Shown: in pieces, positions 27,736 through 39,666 of the stretch
Layout: each line of letters opens with the position of its first letter
How positions within the stretch are numbered: position 1 is the stretch's first letter
DNA from: Octopus sinensis
Lineage: Eukaryota
NCBI RefSeq assembly: GCF_006345805.1
Contig: NW_021830454.1
Location: forward strand, 887 to 64,886
Length of the DNA: 64,000 nucleotides
Direction: 5' to 3'
Program-made: the position numbers and the translations under genes
The notes under the pieces: generated by a model
Database searches by the model: none
The model's input: the letters and a program-made list of their open reading frames with translations, nothing else
Told to the model about the DNA's origin: nothing

Positions 27736-27879
27736 CCTAATTATGTCACAATAAGTCAATTAAATGACATCTCTAAAATGTTAATTGTGATTTGTAAAAC
27801 AAACAAATGTTATGCTGCAATGATCACGTATTTTCTTATTACAGAAAAGTGAGTGTTTGGGTATTTTTTTAATGACTGC

Positions 27880-27926
27880 GTGTATGTATATATATATCTA
27901 TATTATATATCTATATATATATATAG

Positions 27927-27961
<35 letters not shown>

Positions 27962-28128
27962 GTGTGTGTGTGTGTGTGTTTGAGTGTGTGTATTTATGTA
28001 TTGTATGTATGTATTATATACATGTATATATATATATGTATATATATATACAATATATATGTATATATATATACATGTATATATATCTATGTATGTATGT
28101 ATGTATGTATGTATATATATACTTATAC

Positions 28129-28164
<36 letters not shown>

Positions 28165-28301
28165 ATATACATATATATATATGTATATATATACATATAT
28201 ATATATATGTATGTATGGATATGTATATATATATGTATATATATACATATATATATATGTATATATGTATATATATATATATATGTATGTATGTATGTAT
28301 G

Positions 28302-28377
<76 letters not shown>

Positions 28378-28490
28378 ATATATATATATATGTATGGATA
28401 TGTATATATATATATATACATATATATATGTATATATTTATATATGTGTGTGTGTATGTATGTGTGTGTGTATGTGTATATAGCTAATGT
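27880..28490. repeat. (TA)n/(TG)n/(TATG)n compound microsatellite
   Basis: Direct reading. Confidence 0.95.
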
Positions 28491-28877
28491 ATGAATTGTG
28501 TATGTATGTGTGTTCGTGTAAGCTGAATCTAGTGATATTAATGTAAGTGCGTTTTTTTCAAATTGTGTATTTGGGTTTGTGATTCAGTTCTGTTTTCCCC
28601 TAGTTTTTTTTTCCTGTTCTTTTTTTCTCTCTTATGTTCGTTTTGTCGTTTGATTTTTTTTTTTTTTCACGGAAGGAAGACACAAAGCAACAACAACAAA
28701 AATAACATCGACAGGCTCCAGCGACATGAGAGCGTATGAGGCTACATTAATTTGGTCATTCGACTTGCTAGAAATAAGAGCCATAATTTTCTCTCACATT
28801 CCACTCTGCTCTCTTCAAAACCGCATACAAAACGACTGTGGATCTTCTAAGGTAAACTAATCCAGAAGAAAGCAAGT

Positions 28878-28996
28878 TTCTTCTTCTTCTTCTTCTTCTT
28901 CTTCTTCTTCTTCTTCTTCTTCTTCTTCTTCTTCTTCTTCTTCTTCTTCTTCTTCTCCTCCTTCTCCTCCTTCTCCTTCTTCTTCTTCTTCTTCTG

Positions 28997-29043
<47 letters not shown>

Positions 29044-29066
29044 TATTACTAATATCATTATTATTA

Positions 29067-29101
<35 letters not shown>

Positions 29102-29124
29102 TATTATTATTATTATTATTATCA

Positions 29125-29170
<46 letters not shown>
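28878..29170. repeat. (CTT)n(ATT)n compound microsatellite
   Basis: Direct reading. Confidence 0.95.
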
Positions 29171-29171
<1 letters not shown>

Positions 29172-29359
29172 TGTGTATGATTGAAAGAAAGGTGAAGAAG
29201 AGAGGATAGAGTATGCGGAGACGAAGAAATGACAGGGAGACACAGAGAAAAAGCAAAGAAAACAGAGAGAGAGAGAGAAGGGGTGGGAGCGAAAAAGAGA
29301 GTGATATATTATATATATATATATATCTATATATATATACTCAGAGTTCCCGTTAGTCG

Positions 29360-29406
29360 AACAGTGTTGATGAACAGGAACGTGAAACTCTGAGTAACAG
29401 CTTTTG
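29360..29406 (+). ncRNA. Degenerate minimal type-I hammerhead ribozyme motif
   Basis: TTGATGA-ACA GGAA CGT-GAAA-CTC T GAG-TA: core with C3 changed to U, stem II with GGAA loop, near-palindromic stem III, UA cleavage site. Confidence 0.5.
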
Positions 29407-29611
29407 TCTTTGCACGTCTATTAATAAAGCATATTGCTCTACCTCTGGTATTCGAGTACTATTTTTCCGCCTTGTTTCACATTTAAGCGCTTACTCTGGT
29501 ATACATACATACATATATATATATACGTGTGTGTGTGAGTGTGTGTGTGATTGTGTGTGTGTGTGAGTGTGTGTATGTGTGAGTGTGTGTGTGTGTGTGT
29601 ATTATACATTA

Positions 29612-29935
29612 TGAAGGCACATGGGTCAGTGGTTAGGGCGATGGGCTCACAATCATGAGATAGTGATTTCGATTTCCGGACCCGAGTGTGTGTTGTATTC
29701 TTGAGTGAGACACTTTACTTCTCATTGCTGCAGTTCACTCAGCCGTAGAAATGAGTTGCGACATCATTGGTGCCAAGCTGCATCGGCCCCTTTGCCTTTC
29801 CCTTGGAGAGGGGAGGCTGGCATGCTTGAGAGACTGCTGGTCTCCCCTCAAATAACATTGCCCGGACTTGTGCTTCGGAGTGTGATTTTCTTGATGTAAT
29901 CCCATGGTCCTACATCACGGAAGGAGTTCTTTACC
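29612..29935 (+). mobile_element. tRNA-derived SINE, family B variant
   Basis: GAAGGCACATGGGTCAGTGGTTAGGG head, TTCGATTTCC B-box, TTGAGTGAGACACTTT segment. Confidence 0.7.
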
Positions 29936-29951
29936 CTTTATACACACACAC

Positions 29952-29984
<33 letters not shown>

Positions 29985-30199
29985 TGCACACATATATATA
30001 TGTATGTATATATATATATTTGTTGATGCAAAGTCCAAGACTATATGTATATGTGTGTGTATATTTGGGGGTGCATGTATATGCATGTGTAAGTGTATGA
30101 ATATGTCCGTATATTAATGGGTGCATACGGATGTATTCGTTTATGTTATATATACCGATAACGGAAAGAATAAAAGACTATATGACTTCTGCGACCATA

Positions 30200-32180
30200 T
30201 CCAACATTTACCAAATACTCTGGATAAGCGAAACATTAATTCGAACCTTAATAATTTAGAATGGGAAAACCCAATTGAACTATAAAACGACAAAGATCTG
30301 AAAAAGGAAGTGCCGTAGTCCTGATGGACGCAGAATACTGCAAAAACATTTTATTATCCATGCTAGAAAATGATACCTTTTACGAAAAAGTTGTAAACCA
30401 CAAGCAACAAAAACAATAAAAATTATACATCCTGAATACTTCTCCATTGAAAAGACTTGACAGAAACAGAAATAGATTATATCCCGAATTTTAAGTATGT
30501 AAACCTAAGTTTTTTTACGGCTTACCTAAAATACACAAGGGCAAGATACTTAATGAAGCCTGCAAACAATCACCAGGTAAATACATAAATATCCTAGCAC
30601 CAGAAGATTTAAAGTTGAAACCCATTATAGCTGGCCCAGTCTGTCAAACCCACCGTCTAAGCAATTTTCTAGACATCCTACTGAAACCCTTGCTGAAATA
30701 CATCAAAAGTTTCATTAGAAACGATCTAGATATGCTTGAGTACCTCCCAAAAACAATTAATGAAAAGACATTATTGGTTTCCTTCGATGTTATTAATCTT
30801 TACACCAATATCCCATATGACTATGGAATAGAAGCAATAAAATTCTGGCAGGAAAAGCACTCCGAAGAACATCCGGAACGCATAAACCAAGTTTTTATTA
30901 TTAAAAGTTTAAAATTTATACTTCAGAACACATATTTCCTATTTCACGTCACCTACTATCGTCAAAAATGCGGAATTGCGATGGGAACGAAAGCAGCCCG
31001 TTCTCGAGCACGTAATAATGGGTTATTTTGAATTCAGCACATATGAAGTGTCACTGCAAAAATATGGACATCCATTTCACCATTTTATAAGGGAAAACTG
31101 GAAAAGATATCTGGATGGCTGCTTTATCATTTAAACTGTGACCATTAATAAACTTTTAGAAGTTAAATCAATACCAAATAATATAAACTCTAGCATTCAA
31201 CTTAAAATGGAATATAGCAAAGATCAGCAACCTTTTTAAGATATTATGATTAAAAAAAGTCAACAATCTAAATGTAACTGACATTTATCATAAGCGAACG
31301 CACTCGAAACAATATGTTCTGTTTAGCTCATGCCACCCGAAGCACATCAAAAAGAATAACTCTTTAATTTAGCAAAAATTATGTGCATGATAGTGTCTGA
31401 TAGAAATACCCGGGACCTCCGTACTCAAGACCTCAGAACAACACTGAGAGACAATATCCACCCTTAGATATAGACGATGGAATTAAGCGTGCCAAGAAAT
31501 TAGGCCTTAAAACACTAAGGGAAACATAACGTAATACCACACCACATCTCAAAAACACTATCGTATATATCAACGCATAACGCTAGAAACAATGTGTCGT
31601 ACAATACTATCGTACAAAATTTACCTATGCTCATTAGAGATCCAAAAATAAACAACATTCTGAAAACACAAATTCCTCAAATGCAAAAAGCAACACAAAT
31701 TGCTGAAAAGACTTCTGTCAAACGTGAAGCTTTACAGAGCAACCACGAAACCAATGGTTAAAAATGTGGACGACCAAACTGCGGAGCTATTGCAACTTGC
31801 AGGAAGGCTTAGAATTCCTATTTAAACAAGGTCAGAAGTTCACAATTCCTATTTAAACAAGGTGAGAAGTTCACAATTAAAACCAACTTCATAAATCTAA
31901 TTTATGTTATAACTTGTTCAGGTTGTGGATATAACTATATAGGACAGACAAGTATGGCGCTTAGACGGAGAACCACTCTACATAAGGAACAGACCTGTTT
32001 ACCACAGTGCAGACAGATTCCTTTGAGTGAACACATAGAGAGATGTGCAGTTAATACCCGACCAAACTTCACAGTTTTCCCATCTACCAGTGCAAAGAAA
32101 CAATTTCTGTACAAGAGCGTTTAAGTAAAGAACATTTACTTATCGAAAAACACAGAACACGCCTAAATATGAACGTATAA
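30200..32180 (+). mobile_element. Penelope-like retroelement (RT + C-terminal GIY-YIG endonuclease), decayed
   Basis: KGSAVVLMD (~30303), FYGLPKIHK (~30515), PIIAG..SFDVINLYTNIP..GIAMGT (ORF 30615-31031), WKRYLDG (31108-31119, YLDD mutated), KCGRPNC linker (~31762), NLIYVITCSGCGYNYIGQT (31894-31950); multiple frameshifts and stops. Confidence 0.9.
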
Positions 32181-32619
32181 CCAACTTTGGTTTCAGTATA
32201 TATTTTAAGTGATGTTTACATACACATCACTGAAAATATTTCATCTCACTAATTTAGCTCTTAAGTCTTTTATATTTATTTACTCCTTGCCCCCCCCCCA
32301 CAAATGAGCAGTTACCACCCCTGTTCCGAATAATAACGATTAGATTGTTATACCTGTTGATTAATTTCTTTCACACAACGTGGTCTAAAATTTTCTTAAG
32401 AAAATACGAAGTTACAATAATTTCAATGTCATGATTAGCGAAAGCGAAACCGATCGACAAACACAATACTATATTAGAAAACATATTGACACTATGTAAA
32501 CTTTTTATTTTACTTCTTTTATTTTGTATATATATATACATATACATACATAGAAACATACATACATACATACATACATACATACATACATGCATACATA
32601 CATACATACATACGTACAT

Positions 32620-32695
<76 letters not shown>

Positions 32696-33130
32696 TATTT
32701 TAATAATAAAGAGCAAAATCAGTAATTTTACCAGGTAGCCAGTGCAAAAATAAAAACCTTATAGTTAGATTTTACAAAATATTGTATAATTATATACATA
32801 ATTTTAACAAGGGGTTGGCTTTATGCCTGACCACACAACGTAAGAAACAGACACTAAAGTCTTTTTACTACCTTAAAACTTCCAAGAACAACAGACTTTA
32901 TTGTAGGCAAGCAAAAGACAAATAATGAATCAATGAGGCTGATTAACTACTTTACTTCAGCATAGTATTTCGTATAAGTTCACGAGTACTTCAAGATATG
33001 CACGCGATGAGCGTCATCATATGTACGATATCTATCGACACTCGTAAAAATACCCACGTGGGTGTTAAGATCTAGACCGCAGTAAATGAAGTTTCGATTC
33101 AGATGTCATTTTAATAGCAATAATACACAC

Positions 33131-33196
<66 letters not shown>

Positions 33197-33223
33197 CATA
33201 CATATATATATACAATATATATA

Positions 33224-33270
<47 letters not shown>

Positions 33271-33301
33271 TATATACATATATATACATATATATATATA
33301 T

Positions 33302-36300
33302 GTCACCTCGATGCTCCTACTGAACATCGGACTACTAACACACAGTAACAGGACAAAAGTCCCGTTCCTGAGAGACTTTGTCGCATGCAATCAAGCCTTA
33401 TGCATACCACTCACGGAAACGCACCTGAAACCGGACATAGCAGATGCAGAATTAAACATACCACAGTATGTTGTACTACGGACCGACAGAAAAGAAAGGA
33501 GTCATGGAGGAGTTGCTATGTACATCCGTGAGGACCTCACACCCCAGGTCCTTTTGTCATACTCAAACTCGGTGTGTGACACACTAATTGTACACATAAG
33601 GCAACTTGATGTAGTTGTGTGTGCTACATATCGCCCTCCAGATGCCCCAAGTCATATGGGCAAGTTTGAGGACTGCCTTTTAAAAATAGAAGTTCTAATC
33701 ACATTAGAACAACACATAAATGTACTTCTCATGGGAGACTTAAATCTACCCAATGTCAGATGGCCCGAGGGCCTTTCTCTCCCAGGAATGACAAGATGTG
33801 AACGAGGACAGGCGAGGTCCCTCCTGAACCTCATCAACACCCTGTACATGGAGCAAGTAATACTCCAACCAACCAGGGCAGGTAAAACACTGGATCTCTG
33901 CTTCACAAATAATATGGATCTCATCCATAATGTGAAAGTGACACCGACACTACTCTCGGATCACAACATGGTAGAGCTGACCATGTACGGGCCAAAAGAG
34001 AGCACGGACATGCAGCCTACAAGAAACCCTCAGAATCTTTCCAGCTTGAACTTCAATAAGGCAAACTGGAAACAAATTGAGAAAGAGATCCTCAAACAAA
34101 ACTGGCCTGAATGTCTCTCCTCGCCGGACATCGACATGATACTTCAACAATTCATGTCTGTAATGCAAGACATATGCTACAAATGTGTCCCAGAGAGAAA
34201 GGCCACTGTACACAAGAACAAAATCCCCAGAGAGAGGAAAATTCTAATGAGACGGCGTACAAAAATTTCAAATCGCCTAAACAAACAAATTGAAAGCAGT
34301 GAAAAGTCCCGCCTGAAAATAAAACTGTTGGAAATTGAAAATTGTCTGAAACTCTCCCATGAGAAGGAAAGAGCAGACAAAGAAGCCTGGGCTATAGACA
34401 ACATAAAAACTAACCCCAGAGCTTTCTACAGGTATGCCAAAGAAACAGCTACGGTGCACTGTAGGATAGGGCCACTCCTTGAAAAGGATGGCACACTCAC
34501 AGGAAAACCAATGAGGGTAAGTGAAATACTGAATGAACAATTCAAGAGTGTTTTCACTCCACCCCTTGCGCATTTCCAAATCAGCAATCCAACTGACTTC
34601 TTTACCACTGCAGATATAGAATCAGAGGCGGCGACGATAAATTACATCGATATAAAGGAAGACGATGTAATAAAGGCTATAGATTAAATGAAAACAGACT
34701 CAGCTATTGGTCCCGATGGATTCCCGGCAATCCTCCAAAAAGTATGTAAGAGAGTCCTAGCAAGACCACTGCAGTTCCTCTTTCAGAGCTTCCTTGCAAC
34801 TGGCAGACTTCCAAGAAAACTGAAGGAAGGTAAAATATGCCCTATTCATAAAGGAGGTAGCAGAGCGGAGGCCAAGAACTACAGATCTATCTCTCTGACG
34901 TCACACATCATCAAAGTTTTGGAACGAATAGTCAGAAAGAAACTGATCACCTTCCTTGAAGAAGATGACTTGCTGCCTGACACCCAACATAGTTTCCGAC
35001 CAGGAAGAAGCTGCTTAACTCAGCTCCTACAACACTATGATTGGGTGCAGAAACGACTGCTCAACCACTCAAATGTGGAAGTGATATATCTCGACTTTGC
35101 AAAGGCCTTTGATAAAGTCGATCATGGAATGATATGTCACAAACTGCGTGATCTCCAGCATAGTTGGAAAACTGGGAGTATGGATTCATGACTTTCTAAA
35201 AGATAGAAGTCAGGTGGTAGTTGCCAATGGGGCCACTTCCATTAACACGCAAATAGTGAGCCGTGTTCTGCAGGGCACTGTTTTGGGACCACTACTGTTC
35301 ATAATGGCCCTCTCAGACATGCCCTAAGCCACACAGAGAGCCACAATCACAAGTTAAGCAGATGATACAAAAGTTTCACAGGCAATACAGAACCCTGAGG
35401 ACACTAAACGCCTGCAATGTGAGCTGGACAAAATATACAAGTGGGCTGAAAAGAATAGCATGCAGTTCAATGCTGAAAAGTTTCAAGCTTTATACTATCA
35501 GCATGCAAAACTGAATGCAATACCCAATGAATACACTGGACCCGGAGGGATTGCAATCCCAGAGGCACAATCAGTGCGTGACATGGGTATTCACATGAGT
35601 GATGACGTGACCTTTCATGTACATGTTGCTAAACTGACAATGAAATGTAGACGGCTGGCTGGATGGATTCTTAGAACCTTTAGAACAAGAGAACAAGAAA
35701 CCATGATGGTCCTCTGGAAGACACTTGTCCTAAGCCACTTTGACTATTGCTCTCAGCTATGGTCACCATCCAGTGTCAAGTTGATCACAGAACTTGAGGC
35801 GATCCAACGAAGCTACACGAAGAAGATAGCCTCTGTGCAGCATATGAGCTACTGGGAGAGACTCAAGAGATTAAAGCTCTATTCCCTGGAGCGTAGGCGA
35901 GATAGATATGCCATAATATATATCTGGAAGATCATGGAAGGTCTTGTCCCAGACTTTGGCATCGAGAGTCACACAAATGCCAGAACCGGACGCCACTGCG
36001 TAGTACCAAGGACTCCAAATTTGCCATCAAGATGTAGGACAAGATATTGTGATAGCCTGGGCTTCAGAGGCCCACGGCTCTTCAATATCCTCCCGAAGAA
36101 CCTGAGGGACCTGCATGGTGTGGATGCGGATGTCTTTAAAGTAGGACTGGATCTCTTCCTGTCAGGTGTCCCGGATGAACCAACTTCACGGCAGGAGGTG
36201 CAGATGAGGGCAGCTGCATCGAACTCTCTCATGCATCAGATGGCGTTTGCTAAAAAGCATCCGTGAGGTAAAACCGTGTAGCAAACCAAATGGCGGTGCC

Positions 36301-36345
36301 CCAGCATGGCCACAGCTCATTAGCTGAAACTGGAAAATCAAAATC
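33302..36345 (+). mobile_element. CR1/Jockey-superfamily LINE, ORF2 (APE + RT) with 3' UTR, 5'-truncated, inactivated
   Basis: APE motifs LTETHL, GGVAMY, MGDLNLP, SDHNMV; RT motifs YRSISLTS, YLDFAKAFDKV, QGTVLGPLLF, *ADD; nonsense at 34685, 35325, 35355 and a frameshift near 35157; ORF ends 36266; (TA)n on both flanks. Confidence 0.95.
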
Positions 36346-36359
36346 AAATAACATCAAAT

Positions 36360-36399
<40 letters not shown>

Positions 36400-36536
36400 C
36401 TTAGACACACACACACGCGCACATATATAAGATATACTTGGCCTGAATAGTAACCGCCGGTATACACATCGCTTTGATATTCACAACTTCTAAGGTTCCG
36501 CTAGATATGAAACATACCCCGGATCTTTTATGTGTA

Positions 36537-36583
<47 letters not shown>

Positions 36584-36739
36584 ATGTACATGATTAGTAA
36601 CTTGAGTCGCTACGAATGTAAATAAACAATCGAAATTGTGGAAGAAGAGCAGGTAAAATTCAGGCTAAATATGTTTTCTAGCTAGCAGATCCTCTGGTGT
36701 AATAATTCCTCAGCAAAGGAATAAGTTAGTCACACATGT

Positions 36740-37103
36740 TTATTTATCTAGATTTTAACATTATCTCCTTCGAAATATCCATCTTGCGCAGCAGTATATC
36801 GGTCCTTGCGTTTTCGCTACATTTGGAATCCGGCCTGGAGGTCGTTTCCCGTAAACGAGTCGAGGACCTTCCGCGATTTACTCTGGGTCTCAACAACGAA
36901 GTTAAAACGGTGACATTTGAGCTGCATTTTCATCTTGGGGAGGAGATGGAAGTCCGTAGGTGCTAAATCTGATGATAGGGCAGGTGAGGAAGCGATACCA
37001 TGTTGTTTTTGGCAAGAAACACACGAGTGAAGAGAGCTCAGTGAAGAATCCAATGTATTGCACTCCGCAAATCCGCTTAGTTGCGCCAAATATCCCCCTT
37101 CAT
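36740..37103 (-). mobile_element. Mariner (Mos1-like) transposase C-terminal fragment
   Basis: ...SSDLAPTDFHLLPKMKMQLKCHRFN...LQAGFQM, matching the SPDLAPSDF motif region. Confidence 0.85.
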
Positions 37104-37288
37104 ATACTTCAAAACTGGAAAGATTTACAGATTTTTATAATTTCATTGATAGCTTGGATCTGTAGTCTTCAAATCAGATCTCTACTTTCTGGTTTTGAGA
37201 AGTTTGATTTCTAAGATTGAAAGTTAGGCAGTGTGTGACACATCCCAGTGCCCCAATAATTGTAGGTATAAACCTGAACTTGCATTCT

Positions 37289-37291
<3 letters not shown>
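37104..37291 (-). mobile_element. RLE-type non-LTR fragment A (C-terminus)
   Basis: YPECKFRFIPTIIGALGCVTHCL..., homologous to copy C. Confidence 0.8.
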
Positions 37292-37362
<71 letters not shown>

Positions 37363-37378
37363 TATATATATATGTATG

Positions 37379-37415
<37 letters not shown>

Positions 37416-37425
37416 GTATGTATAT

Positions 37426-37800
37426 CATTGTTCAGTTTCCTTTCAATATTTCTTTGCAATAGAGAACGAGCTAAATTCTAACGTAGATCCAAGGCTCCTT
37501 CATTGGAATTTCAACATCAACAGCAGGTTATTTTTTATGTATGTATGTATGTATGTATGCATTTATGTATGAATATGTGTAGATGTGCATGCTTTGTTTT
37601 ATGTATGTATTCGCAGACATATCTAGATATGCTCATATACATTTAAATGATAAAATTCTGGAAAGTTTTACAGATTTTCACAGTTCTAATGATGGATTGG
37701 ATCTGTAGTCTTCGAATTAGGTTTCTCTTTTCTGGTTTTTGAGAAGCCTAAATTCTCAAGATTTGTATTTAGGCAGTGTGTTACACATCTCCTGGCCCCG
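37426..37800 (-). mobile_element. RLE-type non-LTR fragment B (C-terminus + 3' UTR)
   Basis: Aligns by eye to 37872-38200; minus-strand end GAAACTGAACAATGA. Confidence 0.8.
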
Positions 37801-37871
37801 CGTGTATGTATGCATGTATGCATGTATGTGTGTATGTATTTATATATGTATATATGCATGCATGCATGTAT

Positions 37872-38680
37872 GTCATTATTCAGTTTATTTCAAGATTTCT
37901 TACCAATGGTGAAAGGCTCCTTTATTGGAATTTCAACATCATCAACAGGGAATTTTTGTATGTACGTATGTATGTATACATGTGCAGATGTATGCTTTAT
38001 GTATGTATGCTCGTGCATATAGTAGCATATCTAGACATGCTCATATAAATTTAAATGCAAAACTTCTGGAAAGTTTTACAGATTTTTACAGTTCCAGTGA
38101 TGGACTGGATATGTAGTCTTCGAATTAGCTTCCACCTTTCAGGTTTTGAGAAGCCCAATTTCTCAAGATTAGTATTTAGGCAATGTCTTTCATATCCCAG
38201 GGCCTCAAGAATTACGGGTATAAACCGGAACTTGTAATCTGGATAGAATAACTGCACATTTCTCAATAGTTCAGCGTAGGTGTTCTCTTTTTCCCTGATC
38301 TTCAGCCTTATGTTAACACCTGCTGGGCAGCTAAATTCATCAGCTGTCCGCAGTTTCTCTTCCCTATCCCAAGTCATTATATCAGGTCTGTTGTGCTTAC
38401 ATTTTAATGAGTTCTCCACAGGTACATTCCACCAGTATTCCTTTTTATTATGAGTGGCTATGGCTTCTACCATACCATACTATCGGTAGTATCTTCGGTA
38501 AGAACTCCACAAAGTCTGCATCCTCTGTCACATTTTACAGCTTCTCCTGCAGATCTATCCCTTTTGTGCATCAGGTACTTGGTTGATATTTCCTGTTCCT
38601 GGATTGCAAACACATACCTGTAAAGGTGGAAGGTAGTAATCCGAGTATTGATCGTATTTTCGATAGTGTCCCACGCCATA
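37872..38680 (-). mobile_element. RLE-type non-LTR fragment C (partial CCHC knuckle, PD-(D/E)xK nuclease, 3' UTR)
   Basis: FAIQEQEISTKYL..CRLC (internal deletion) ..EYWWNVPV..KHNRPDIMTWD..EFSCP..EKENTY..FIPVILEALG; ends AAACTGAATAATGAC. Confidence 0.9.
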
Positions 38681-38752
38681 TACGCGACTTGTCACTTCGA
38701 ATGTAATGCATGTATGTATATATGTATGTACGTATGTATGTATGTATGTATG

Positions 38753-38783
<31 letters not shown>

Positions 38784-38838
38784 TTATGTATGTATGTATG
38801 TATGTATGTATGTATGTATGTATGTATGCATGCATGTA

Positions 38839-38982
38839 TGGTTAATCTGGGTAGAGTAACTGCAAATTTCTCAGTAGTTCAACGTAGGTATTTACTTTTT
38901 GCCGATCGTCAGCTTTATGTTAACATCCCCTGGGCAGCTGATTTCCACAACTGTACACAGATTTTTCTCTATCCCAAATCGT

Positions 38983-38985
<3 letters not shown>
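38839..38985 (-). mobile_element. RLE-type non-LTR fragment D (internal nuclease segment)
   Basis: ITIWDREKNLCTVVEISCPGDVNIKL, homologous to 38235-38385 of copy C. Confidence 0.8.
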
Positions 38986-39016
<31 letters not shown>

Positions 39017-39065
39017 TGTATGTATGTATGTATGTATGTACGCATGTATGTATGTATGTATGTAT

Positions 39066-39530
39066 GTTGTTATTCAGTTTTATTTCAAGATTTCTTGCCA
39101 ATATAGAAAGAACCAAGGCTCTTTCATTGAATTTTCAGTAACATCCACAGGATATTTGTTCATTTTTGTGTGCATGTGTGTACTATTTGGAGTTGGCGCA
39201 TGAGCGGATTTGCATAGTTTTTCTATGTATGGATTTTCATGCATGTAGCTGCATGTCTAGACATACGCATAAATACTTAAATACTAAACTTTTGGAAAGA
39301 TTTACACATTTTTACAGTTCCATTAAAGACTTAAATCCGAAATTTTTGCAATTAACTTAGTTCTTCCTGATTTTGAGAAAACTAATTTCTAAAGGGTGGT
39401 GCTTAGACAGTTTGTTACATTTCCCACTATCCCGATGTTTGCAGGTATAAACCTGAACTTGCAATCCATGTTGAGTAACTATAAGTTCTTCAATAGTTCA
39501 GTGTAGGCGTTTTGATTTTCACAACGACAT
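39066..39530 (-). mobile_element. RLE-type non-LTR fragment E (C-terminus + 3' UTR)
   Basis: NAYTELLKNL..DCKFRFIP; 3' UTR homologous to B and C; ends AAAACTGAATAACAAC. Confidence 0.75.
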
Positions 39531-39532
39531 AT

Positions 39533-39594
39533 GTCCGTGGTTAAGAGACCGGCCTACTAACCCCAAGAGTCCGAGTTCGATTCCAGGCAGTGAA

Positions 39595-39666
<72 letters not shown>
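39533..39666 (+). mobile_element. Short tRNA-derived SINE with (AAT)n tail
   Basis: GTGGTTAAGAG A-box end, GAGTTCGATTCC B-box, then GAACTGAATAATAAT... Confidence 0.7.

Noticed and set aside
33086-33301. N-terminal 72 aa of the 533-aa ORF
   Set aside because: Fortuitous read-through of (CA)/(TA) repeats; LINE homology starts near 33302.
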